A stretch of DNA of 25,925 nt from Oligoflexales bacterium (GTDB lineage: Bacteria > Bdellovibrionota_B > Oligoflexia > Oligoflexales > RGVZ01). The position numbers and the translations under genes were made by a program. Location: assembly GCA_044236265.1 (NCBI GenBank), contig JBIIGV010000032.1, positions 1 to 25,925 of the forward strand. Reading direction: 5' to 3'. Shown here piece after piece: positions 1-8,324 of this stretch; the first letter of the stretch is position 1, and each line of letters begins with the position of its first letter. Below the pieces are notes generated by a model. It saw only the letters and a program-made list of their open reading frames with translations, was not told the DNA's origin and did no database searches.

Positions 1-1362
1 GAAAACATCCAAGCACTCCAGAAAATATCCAAGGGTGTCTCAACTGTTGCCAGACATGCTGAAAAGGCGGTTGTCTTTGTTAGCGTCTACAAAACGACTA
101 GGGGTCTTCCCCCTGGTATGATTGATCCGTTTGAATTTTTCTTTGGGATGCCAGGAAATGGTCGTGGGCCCGGTGGCAGAGGTGAGCCTAGAGAGCGCCG
201 CGAGGAAGGACTTGGGTCCGGATTCATTATCGATTTAAATCAGGGCTATGTATTAACGAACAATCACGTCGTGCAGGATGCTGATGTCATTCAATTGAAA
301 TTTTCTAATGGAGAAACCAGAGAAGCAAAGATCGTTGGACGAGACCCAAATACCGATGTCGCCATCGTTCAAATTAAAGAGAAGGGATTCAATAAAAATG
401 GCTTGTCTCAGCTGATTCTGGGTGACAGTGACAGTGTCAACGTCGGTGATTTTGCGATTGCTGTAGGTGCTCCCTATGGGCTAGAGGCGAGCGTCAGTTT
501 CGGAATCATCTCGGCCATGGGCCGTGGCAGTTTGCAGATCACGAGCATGGGAAACTTTATTCAAACCGACGCAGCCATCAATCCGGGAAACTCTGGCGGG
601 CCTCTTTTGAATACCGCCGGACAAGTTATTGGCATGAATACCGCGATTTACTCACGTAGCGGTGGTTACAATGGGATTGGATTTGCCGTTCCAAGTAATC
701 TTGCCCGACGCATTACAGAACAGCTGATCAATACCGGCAAAGTATCGCGCGGTTATATCGGGGTTCAACTACAGCCTATAGATCCGGAACTGCAAAAAGG
801 GCTCAATCTACCCAAAGACGTTTCTGGAAGTATCGTTGCGAGAGTTGTGGAAGGTGGACCGGCTGATAAGGCTGGAATTGAGCCAGGCGATGTCATCACA
901 GCAATCAACAGGCAGCTTGTCAAAAATCCAAGCGATGCGACCAACTCAATTGGCTTGATGGCACCAGGTTCAAACGCTGTCTTCTCAATCGTTCGGAATG
1001 GTAAAAATCGCGAAATTACGGCAAAGGTTGCAGAGTTTCCCAACGAGTCTACGCCAACAAAAACAAAATCTATTGGTAAAGAAGACGCACCCTTCGGAAT
1101 GGTACAGCAACCCCTGTCAGCTGAGGCTCGAGAAAAATATCGCCTGGACAGCAAGAAAGGTCTTTTAATTGTTGAAGTCATGGAAGGTAGCGAGGCCGAA
1201 AGGCTCGAGCTCCAAAAAGGAGACCTCATCTTGACCGTAAATGGCAAACCTGTAAGCGACGTGTCGGCCTTCAAAGCATTGGTAAAACAATCAGGCTCGA
1301 GGGTGCTGCTTCGCATTGAACGCGCAGGCCAGTACTTCTTCGTGCCGTTGAAAAATAAATAG
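1..1362 (+). CDS. degP: DegP/HtrA (Do/DegQ family) periplasmic serine protease with two PDZ domains, 5'-truncated by the window edge
   Basis: Frame 1 is open from base 1 (ENIQALQKISKGVSTVARHAEKAVVFVSV...), so the true start lies before the window and not at 118. Catalytic triad motifs TNNHVV, DPNTDVA and IQTDAAINPGNSGGPL; PDZ segments GPADKAGIEPGDVI and LQKGDLILTVNGKPV. Confidence 0.95.
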   Translation, partial: ENIQALQKISKGVSTVARHAEKAVVFVSVYKTTRGLPPGMIDPFEFFFGMPGNGRGPGGRGEPRERREEGLGSGFIIDLNQGYVLTNNHVVQDADVIQLKFSNGETREAKIVGRDPNTDVAIVQIKEKGFNKNGLSQLILGDSDSVNVGDFAIAVGAPYGLEASVSFGIISAMGRGSLQITSMGNFIQTDAAINPGNSGGPLLNTAGQVIGMNTAIYSRSGGYNGIGFAVPSNLARRITEQLINTGKVSRGYIGVQLQPIDPELQKGLNLPKDVSGSIVARVVEGGPADKAGIEPGDVITAINRQLVKNPSDATNSIGLMAPGSNAVFSIVRNGKNREITAKVAEFPNESTPTKTKSIGKEDAPFGMVQQPLSAEAREKYRLDSKKGLLIVEVMEGSEAERLELQKGDLILTVNGKPVSDVSAFKALVKQSGSRVLLRIERAGQYFFVPLKNK

Positions 1363-1382
1363 GGCTTCAAAGAACGACGATA

Positions 1383-2132
1383 ATGCTCAAACGCGAAAAA
1401 CTAAACCTCATTGAAGCTTTGAAGAGTGTCCACTGGTCTCCGTCGGCGGAGACCAGTCCGCTGTTTTCCCAGCATGGCATTTCGCATGGCGTCCTGGGGC
1501 GTTCTATCCCGGAATTCAAACTAGCAGAGCTACTACCGCACCACGTGACTCAAATTCATGGGTCAGACCTTGTCATTGCTAGTGAAAAGACCGCCTATGA
1601 ATCAGAGGAGCGTCCGGTTGCCGATGCTATTTGCACGTCTTCTGGAATCACAGTTGCTATCAAAACAGCCGACTGCTTACCAATTTTACTGGCAACCAAG
1701 GACGGGCATTGGGTCGCAGCCATTCACGCTGGTTGGAGAGGGTTTACCAAAGGAATTATCGGGAAAACTGTAGAAGCCGCGATGATGTCCAACCCCGATC
1801 GCGAACTGATCGCTGTAGTTGGCCCGAGCATTTCCCGCGAACGATTTGAAGTTGGACCTGAAGTGATTGAAGCATTGAATAGCCAAGAGTGCGGACTTTC
1901 CACATCTGGGGTCCATTTAGCGACCGCAAAAGGCAACTTGGATCGCTGGCACGTAGATTTAGGATTGGCTGCAGCATGTCAGTTACTCGAAATTGGCCTG
2001 CAGCCCACAAATATTGAAGTCCTGCAATCATGCACTTTCATGGAAACCATCGGTCAACACCATCGCTGGCATAGCTTTAGACGGGATGGTAAAGCCTGCG
2101 GAAGTAATTGGACTTGGATTCGAGGTCGATAA
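1383..2132 (+). CDS. pgeF: PgeF/YfiH family (laccase-domain) peptidoglycan editing factor / purine nucleoside phosphorylase
   Basis: Family motifs QIHG, KTADCLPIL, AIHAGWRG, GPSISRERFEVG, CT and HSFRR; 249 aa is the typical length. Confidence 0.92.
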   Translation: MLKREKLNLIEALKSVHWSPSAETSPLFSQHGISHGVLGRSIPEFKLAELLPHHVTQIHGSDLVIASEKTAYESEERPVADAICTSSGITVAIKTADCLPILLATKDGHWVAAIHAGWRGFTKGIIGKTVEAAMMSNPDRELIAVVGPSISRERFEVGPEVIEALNSQECGLSTSGVHLATAKGNLDRWHVDLGLAAACQLLEIGLQPTNIEVLQSCTFMETIGQHHRWHSFRRDGKACGSNWTWIRGR

Positions 2133-2134
2133 AC

Positions 2135-2599
2135 TTAGCTGCCTTCGTACCCGACATGCTCCATGAGTTTCTCCAGTGCAAGCCAGTAAGACTTGATGCC
2201 GTGACCCTCGACAAGAGCGATTGCATGGGGCTTAAGAAAACTATGTTGCCTGAACGGTTCGCGATTTGAAACCTGCGAAACATGTGCCTCCACAAACGGC
2301 AACTGCAATCCAACCAATCGATCAGCGATCGCCAGACTTGTATGGGTCCACGCGCCTGCATTTATAACTGCCGCGATATAGTCCTTACCTAGTTCTTTGA
2401 GAAACTTTGCCTCATCGTTAGTCTGAAAAAAGACCAACTCAAATTTTGCCTTGGAATATCTTTTCTTCCACTGCGATCGAACAAGGACTTCCATATCCTT
2501 CAGCGTGTCATAACCATAAATATCTGGTTGTCTTTTTCCCAATAGATCGAGGTTTACGCCGCTTGCTATCAAAATTTTTGGTTTTACAACGCGAGCCAT
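2135..2599 (-). CDS. aroQ: Type II 3-dehydroquinate dehydratase
   Basis: GVNLDLLGKRQPDIYG (catalytic Arg/Tyr loop), INAGAWTHTSLAIAD and VEAHVSQVSNREPFRQHS; 154 aa. Confidence 0.95.
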   Translation of the reverse strand: MARVVKPKILIASGVNLDLLGKRQPDIYGYDTLKDMEVLVRSQWKKRYSKAKFELVFFQTNDEAKFLKELGKDYIAAVINAGAWTHTSLAIADRLVGLQLPFVEAHVSQVSNREPFRQHSFLKPHAIALVEGHGIKSYWLALEKLMEHVGYEGS

Positions 2600-2625
2600 C
2601 AGAAAACCTTTAGCGGCACAAAAAT

Positions 2626-3630
2626 TTATTTTAGACTTTCAAGCATTTGATTCATGAAACGTATTTGTCGATCGATAATATCTACGACCTCCATTCGCTC
2701 GTATAGCACGGGGTCGGTCTCCAGATCATGGTCGCGTTGCTGCTTCTCAAGCCTAGCCATCTCGGACACCTTGAGCCGAAGAAGATCATTGTGAGGAGCC
2801 ATCCTGAGAAGCCGACGATAAATGGCAAGTGACTTGGAGTAAAACCCCTGTTTCGCATAGATTTCAGCCAAAGTCGTGGAATCGAGCTCGACTGCAGATG
2901 ACTTGGAAGCACCGGGACTCGGCTCAGAGCCAGGAACAAATACCTCATTTAGAGGAACCACATGAAAGCTTTCTACACTTCGCCGCGTAGACTCATCCAA
3001 CTCATACTCGAGAATAAACTTTTTTTCCCGACCTCGCGTGGCAACTCGCGATTCTAGATCTTGCTTTTGAGCACCGACCCCACCAAAAGAGGTCGCTGAC
3101 ATTTGCGTTGCGGGAAGTTTGAGATCAATGCCGCGACGCTGAAGGTCTATCTGGAATGCATCGCGAGTCATGAGCAGCCCATCCATATCGAGCTGATCGG
3201 CAATTTTCTTAATTTCGGGATCAATACCCTGCTGAATCCTAAGGTGCTGATAAGCTCCTCTTGCCGACGACTCGTCACCCAGCAATATAGCCATCTTGAA
3301 ACGCAATTTCTGAGCAAGCACATTATCGGTCAATGGTAGTGGGGCGTGCTCAAGAACGTTCCAAGCATCGAGGACCAATCCTCGTTGAAACAGCTCACGC
3401 GTAAGGACAACGCGAGCCACAGAAAACCCCGGATGATCCTGGACCCCCTGAGTTAGAAGCTCAATAGACTCATCAAATAGTTTATGTGACCGGAGAAGAT
3501 CGCTGAGCGGCAAAAACTGTCGTCCTGCCGGATCCTCTTCGAATCTACGGACGACTTCCTGCTCGGCGCGAGACAGTGGTAACTGTCGAGCCATCTTGAT
3601 CCAGGTTGACGCATCAAGCCCCACGTTCAT
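2626..3630 (-). CDS. Cytoplasmic tetratricopeptide-repeat protein, pil-operon associated
   Basis: TPR-like helices FLPLSDLLRSHKLFDESIELLTQGVQDHPGFSVARVVL and STTLAEIYAKQGFYSKSLAIYRRLLRMAP separated by a low-complexity linker; no signal peptide; GAGG RBS upstream. Confidence 0.75.
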   Translation of the reverse strand: MNVGLDASTWIKMARQLPLSRAEQEVVRRFEEDPAGRQFLPLSDLLRSHKLFDESIELLTQGVQDHPGFSVARVVLTRELFQRGLVLDAWNVLEHAPLPLTDNVLAQKLRFKMAILLGDESSARGAYQHLRIQQGIDPEIKKIADQLDMDGLLMTRDAFQIDLQRRGIDLKLPATQMSATSFGGVGAQKQDLESRVATRGREKKFILEYELDESTRRSVESFHVVPLNEVFVPGSEPSPGASKSSAVELDSTTLAEIYAKQGFYSKSLAIYRRLLRMAPHNDLLRLKVSEMARLEKQQRDHDLETDPVLYERMEVVDIIDRQIRFMNQMLESLK

Positions 3631-3644
3631 CCTCGTCCGTTTAT

Positions 3645-4181
3645 TTATTCGAATTTTACGTTAAAAGGTGTTGAGGGAGGTCCCTCACCCTCAAACGTCA
3701 TACCTGGCGCAACAATGCCAACACTCGTCTCCTGCTCATAGCAAGTTGGTGTGAAGGCAATTTCCGCGTAACCGCAGGAGTCTGTACACCAATCCTTTGT
3801 AGGCGTATCAATCCGATTGTAGCCGCCAACGAGCGGAGTGATTGAAACCCCCGCCTTACCCATACGATTTGGAAACTGAGCGTTTGTGCCACCAGTTGAT
3901 TCACCTGATGACTCCGAGTTAGAGGTACCACCCGAATTTGAGTCAGATAGGTCTTCGTAAATATAAAATCTATACGTAAGCTGCGGCAGCTCCGATCCGA
4001 CCTGGCAATTCTCGTAGACAACACCTTTTTCATCCAAAGCAACACCTTTTATCTTCCCGCCACCAATCGGTCTACTTCCACACGAGCGGACGCAGAATCC
4101 ATCCTGAGGTGCATTTGCCGTGCAGCTTTGTAATCCGATGGCCACGAGACCAAGTAGGTAGCTCAGATACATCGTTTTCAT
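3645..4181 (-). CDS. Hypothetical Cys-rich lipoprotein
   Basis: Signal peptide MKTMYLSYLLGLVAIGLQS-C20 (lipobox-like); six further Cys including two CxxxCG motifs; AGGAG RBS; co-oriented 22 bp after pilQ. Confidence 0.75.
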   Translation of the reverse strand: MKTMYLSYLLGLVAIGLQSCTANAPQDGFCVRSCGSRPIGGGKIKGVALDEKGVVYENCQVGSELPQLTYRFYIYEDLSDSNSGGTSNSESSGESTGGTNAQFPNRMGKAGVSITPLVGGYNRIDTPTKDWCTDSCGYAEIAFTPTCYEQETSVGIVAPGMTFEGEGPPSTPFNVKFE

Positions 4182-4203
4182 AGATTGCTCCTAATTCACT
4201 GAC

Positions 4204-7128
4204 CTATAGTTCATTGGACTCATTTGAAAAGTTTGCCGGAACTGAATTAGCGTTGTTCCCGTTTTGGGTACCATTTGCAGGATTCGAGGATGGTTCAGCT
4301 GAATTAGACACCGGCGGGGGAACCTCATTAGAAGACGCATTTTCTTCTGCATTAATGTTGGAACCGAGACCTGCAGCATTCACTCCAGGACTAGGAATAT
4401 CGATGGCCGCAGACCCTCCAGACGATGCCGCGCTTTGACCGATGATCGTCGGCGTGACCATGATTAAGAGATCCTTTTTGACACTCGTATTATCAGTTGT
4501 GCGGAATAATGCCCCAATCAGAGGAATGCTGCTTAAAAACGGCACACCTAAAATTACCTTGTTCGCAGTCGAATCGTAAAGTCCACCGATCACGGCTGTT
4601 TCACCACTTTGTTTAAGCAGTGATGTGTTCAAGTGACGTGTCATAACGGGGGGAAGTCGCCCATCACCAGGATCTTTACCGGGCGAGTCGCCCTTAATTT
4701 CAAGCTTCATTTGCACAGCACCATCAGCAGTGATATGAGGCTTTACCTTCAAACTCAGGTTGTACTCCACAGGTTGGATTGTCCCCTGCGACCCCACCAT
4801 GCCTGGAACCGCCAGAAAATCACGGGTGCCTGCGATGACCTCCGCTGTTTCATTATCTTGAACAACCACGTCCTGAGTCTGAATCGTTTCTGATAGGTTT
4901 TGCTCTTCATACATCTTCAAGCGCATATCAAGTGCAAGAGCATTGTTGATGGAACCCAATCGAATTGCTGCGGATCCTCCCTTGCCTGCAGTACCAGGCA
5001 GACCGGTATCAACAGAAAACCGTGAGGTTATATAGTTTGGGAAAGGTAGCGTGCCGAACCCCAAGCCACGACCTGGGTCAAAGCTAAATGGCGCACCCCA
5101 TGTAAATCCGAGCCCATCAGTAAGCTTGGAACTAATCTCAACGAGACGTGACGCTATTCGCACCTGGGGCGTCTGAGAGTCGAGCTTCTCCAATAAGATC
5201 TTAACGGTTGCTAGAACATTGGGAGTTGCTTCCACGATGACCGAGTTTGAGCGCAAATCTGCATGGGCTTTAAATCTGTCGTAATTTCGTTTTTGGGCGA
5301 TATTTGTTGGGTCAGTTGGTTTTGGAAGCATTTCTTTCGCGAGCTTTACTGCGTCTTCAGCCTTGGCGTAATTTAAAGGCATAACCAAGACTTTCGTTGG
5401 AATCAAAGCTTCCGTGGCCTGCTTCGCTTTTTCCTCTGTCTCTTTGTCCTCAGTAAAAGTCTTTAGGAAGTCGACCCTAACAACTCCCGGAGAAATCTCC
5501 TGCATTCCCATTCTATTGGCATCCAGCACAACTTTTAATGCGACATCCCATGGAACATTTTTTAGCGAAATACTCGTTCGCTTGGCTCCAGCTTCAGGTG
5601 CAATAACAATGTTGAGATTACTTTCATTGGCAATCATACGAATGATCTGACTAACTGGCGCGTCACGGAAATCTAAACGCATCGCTTTCTTGTTAGACAC
5701 GGCAGCTGGTGCAGGTGTGCCTGCCGCAACTCCATCAACTTCGGGTCCAGCCGCAGGCGCTGCTGGATCCGCGACCGAAAAAGCTTGAGGAGCATCCTCT
5801 AAAAGTGAGCTTGTATCAAATTCGCCATTTGACGGAATATCTGACTGGAAGTCACCCTGAGCAACTCCCAGGACTGAATAATAGTCTTCATGAATCGAGG
5901 GCGAGTCGTTTTGAAGCATTTCCTGAGGATCGGCTTCTGAATCCTTGTTCATACCCTCGGGGATAAGCTCGTTGTCCGAGTCTTCCTTAGGAACTAAAGG
6001 GGAATTTTTGATGTCTGATTCGCCTGAAAACTTATCCTTACCCGGATCAGCAATGTAGGCAGCCCGCTTTTTCTCGGGCTCACCAGGCAAGGACTCTTTA
6101 TCACCGTCCACCGTCAAACCCTGCGCATCATCCTCGATAATCTGGGCAGACGACACGGGCTTTGCATCACCTGTTGGGGCAAACCATTTATCTGAAATCT
6201 CAAAAGCCAACATGACGCTACTACCCTTAGTGGTAATCGTTGGCTGAGTATCTTCTCTTAAAGTTAAGACAACATCTGTATGCATGAAGGAAGGATCGTG
6301 TCGCATGCGTATATAAGCGACTGGTGATCGAAACTCTGAAGCGTCCAAATCTCGCCTAATTTTTTTTCTGAGCTTTGTATTTTGGTAGCGAACGACAATT
6401 TCAGACTGCCCCCCGCGATTAACTTCACGAAAAATTCGATAAGTTGGCGAGCCCTCGGTCACGATCTGAACCTGAAGTTGTTTATCGTTTTTGCTATAGC
6501 CATATCCAACCCATGATAATGTTCCAAGTGACCCAGCAGTGCCTTGCTGATTTTGAACAGATTGTTGAGGAGACAGGTTTGTCACGACCTGGGCAGGCTC
6601 CTGGGCGAGATTTGTGGAAGACTCTGTTTGAACGGTCGCGTTGCCTGCCGTTGGAAGAGGAGCAGCCTGATTTAAGGGTGGCAAATTTGATTGCAAATTG
6701 CTTGCGGCACTGGTGTTAGCATTGACAGCAAGATTCAAGGACGTGTTGGCCCCTACTACGGGATTGTTTGAGGTCTCAGTGGTCACATCATCGGATACAA
6801 CATTGTTAATTGACTCGGATAACTCATTACCACCATCAGATGTGCCCACATTCCCGGCTGCAAAGTTACCGTTGGCGCCACCTTCTATATTTTCAGCTTC
6901 CGCAGGATTAGCATTTGACTCGACCATCTCATCGCCGCCCAACTCATTTTCAGGCTCTGCATTCTGACTGGATGCACTCTCTGACTGTCCTTGTTGCAGG
7001 TCTGAACCCTGCTGCTGTGCGCCAGTTGATGCACAACCGCTCAAAACGCTACCCGCCAAGTGAATTGCGGCTAGAATGGCAACATTTGGAAAAACAAACC
7101 AAGCCTGCTGCAATAGTGGTTTTTTCAT
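4204..7128 (-). CDS. pilQ: Type IV pilus secretin PilQ (long form, probable lipoprotein)
   Basis: N0 domain MRLDFRDAPV...SLKNVPWDVALKVVL, N3-like PLNYAKAED...DLRSNSVIV, secretin domain PQVRIASRLVE, LSLKVKPHIT, GETAVIGGLY, GVPFLSSIPLIGALFR, DLLIMVTPTII; ATGA overlap with pilP. Confidence 0.95.
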   Translation of the reverse strand: MKKPLLQQAWFVFPNVAILAAIHLAGSVLSGCASTGAQQQGSDLQQGQSESASSQNAEPENELGGDEMVESNANPAEAENIEGGANGNFAAGNVGTSDGGNELSESINNVVSDDVTTETSNNPVVGANTSLNLAVNANTSAASNLQSNLPPLNQAAPLPTAGNATVQTESSTNLAQEPAQVVTNLSPQQSVQNQQGTAGSLGTLSWVGYGYSKNDKQLQVQIVTEGSPTYRIFREVNRGGQSEIVVRYQNTKLRKKIRRDLDASEFRSPVAYIRMRHDPSFMHTDVVLTLREDTQPTITTKGSSVMLAFEISDKWFAPTGDAKPVSSAQIIEDDAQGLTVDGDKESLPGEPEKKRAAYIADPGKDKFSGESDIKNSPLVPKEDSDNELIPEGMNKDSEADPQEMLQNDSPSIHEDYYSVLGVAQGDFQSDIPSNGEFDTSSLLEDAPQAFSVADPAAPAAGPEVDGVAAGTPAPAAVSNKKAMRLDFRDAPVSQIIRMIANESNLNIVIAPEAGAKRTSISLKNVPWDVALKVVLDANRMGMQEISPGVVRVDFLKTFTEDKETEEKAKQATEALIPTKVLVMPLNYAKAEDAVKLAKEMLPKPTDPTNIAQKRNYDRFKAHADLRSNSVIVEATPNVLATVKILLEKLDSQTPQVRIASRLVEISSKLTDGLGFTWGAPFSFDPGRGLGFGTLPFPNYITSRFSVDTGLPGTAGKGGSAAIRLGSINNALALDMRLKMYEEQNLSETIQTQDVVVQDNETAEVIAGTRDFLAVPGMVGSQGTIQPVEYNLSLKVKPHITADGAVQMKLEIKGDSPGKDPGDGRLPPVMTRHLNTSLLKQSGETAVIGGLYDSTANKVILGVPFLSSIPLIGALFRTTDNTSVKKDLLIMVTPTIIGQSAASSGGSAAIDIPSPGVNAAGLGSNINAEENASSNEVPPPVSNSAEPSSNPANGTQNGNNANSVPANFSNESNEL

Positions 7129-8324
7129 TTTGAACCCCCATTCGTTTCTATGTCACTTGCTGGTAATGATCCCATTGGAGGTGGCCCAGAATATTCTGGG
7201 GCCGCACCACTGGCATCGGCTGGAGAATCCGAATACTGATAAACTGGAGGCGCCAATTCAGCCGCAGGAACCACCGTCTTCAATGTTCCATTTGAAGCAG
7301 TCGGAGCCACACTAACAGGCGGCAGTGGCTTAATGCTTCCCCCTGCTGGAGGCTCTATTTCCGGCGTTGAAGATCCAGGGCGAAGAATCAATCGACCGCC
7401 GACATTCGAGGTTTCGCTGACCGGTTTGTCACTACCCATGTATAACGGAATATCACGGTATTCACGTGTTCCATCAGCCCTGACAGAGAATTCTCTAACA
7501 ACAACAGACTCAGGCGTAATACTCATAATTCGACCGCCGCTATTTCCTGCCGGGTCTCCCAATTTTGTCTCTATCCCTTGATTGGTGGGCGTCTGAATCA
7601 GGGCTTTCCAAACTCCATCATCACCTTCCCAGACTCCGATGACAGCAAGCTGACTGACATTGAAAGACTGCAGCGGGTTGATAATGGGTATTTCAACATC
7701 GTTGGGATTCAACTCTTTTTGCTGGGGAGCACGGCCCATGATAACTTCGGGAATAAACGGATTCTTCTTGCGAGCACCCGAGTATCGATACTCAGCGGTT
7801 GCCTCAATAATATCTTCAACTCTAACGCCTTGTGTCACGGATGCGGCCGGATCATTTTGATCAAATCGCTGGGACGCGCTGTCCCATGGGTCGTCACCGG
7901 AGGACATTGGTGGCACTTGCGCAGAAGCATCGTCCGCTTGGGCGATGCGAGCTGGAGCCTTTTTGTTTTTAGATGTGGCCACTGGAGATGTGACTTTCCC
8001 AGGGGTCCCTTTGGAGCCAGACGCAGGTTTCGTGGGCAGCAAGGTTCGCTGCGATGTGGCAACATTTCGTGTCGGGACGGGATTGGCCAATTTCATTTTT
8101 ACATCCGCACTCGGACCTTTGAAGGAGGCGTCCGGACCTTTTACGGGCCTGACAATTGGCACCAGCTTTGACTTTGATGTTTCGCCTCGCCCGACTGGTG
8201 ATGAAATCTCGTTTGGAACCATCAACTGGCTTGCTGGACGCTCAATCTGATCCGCTGCAAAGGCCAATGGACTCGCCAGCAGCAGACATACGGGCAAACT
8301 GTAAGAAAAGCCGATCTTAATCAC
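7125..8324 (-). CDS. pilP: Type IV pilus assembly protein PilP, with long N- and C-terminal extensions
   Basis: Core motifs YRYSGARKKNPF, NPLQSFNVSQLAVIGVW, KALIQTP and KLGDPAGNSGGRIMSITPESVVVRE; lies between pilO and pilQ; GTG start overlaps the pilO TGA. Confidence 0.88.
   Translation of the reverse strand: MIKIGFSYSLPVCLLLASPLAFAADQIERPASQLMVPNEISSPVGRGETSKSKLVPIVRPVKGPDASFKGPSADVKMKLANPVPTRNVATSQRTLLPTKPASGSKGTPGKVTSPVATSKNKKAPARIAQADDASAQVPPMSSGDDPWDSASQRFDQNDPAASVTQGVRVEDIIEATAEYRYSGARKKNPFIPEVIMGRAPQQKELNPNDVEIPIINPLQSFNVSQLAVIGVWEGDDGVWKALIQTPTNQGIETKLGDPAGNSGGRIMSITPESVVVREFSVRADGTREYRDIPLYMGSDKPVSETSNVGGRLILRPGSSTPEIEPPAGGSIKPLPPVSVAPTASNGTLKTVVPAAELAPPVYQYSDSPADASGAAPEYSGPPPMGSLPASDIETNGGSK

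Noticed and set aside
118..120. ATG 118 as the degP start
   Set aside because: The frame is open to base 1 with DegP-like sequence, and no signal peptide follows ATG 118.
765..1370. 201-aa antisense ORF over degP
   Set aside because: Lies opposite a strongly supported gene, is Ser-rich and has no motif; typical shadow ORF.
2135..2599. Divergent AroQ motifs (SGVNLD, HVSQ) suggesting an inactive enzyme
   Set aside because: The catalytic Arg, Tyr, His, Asn and Asp equivalents are all present.
7578..8171. 197-aa plus-strand ORF and other short ORFs antisense to pil genes
   Set aside because: Opposite well-supported genes, with no recognisable motif or convincing RBS.
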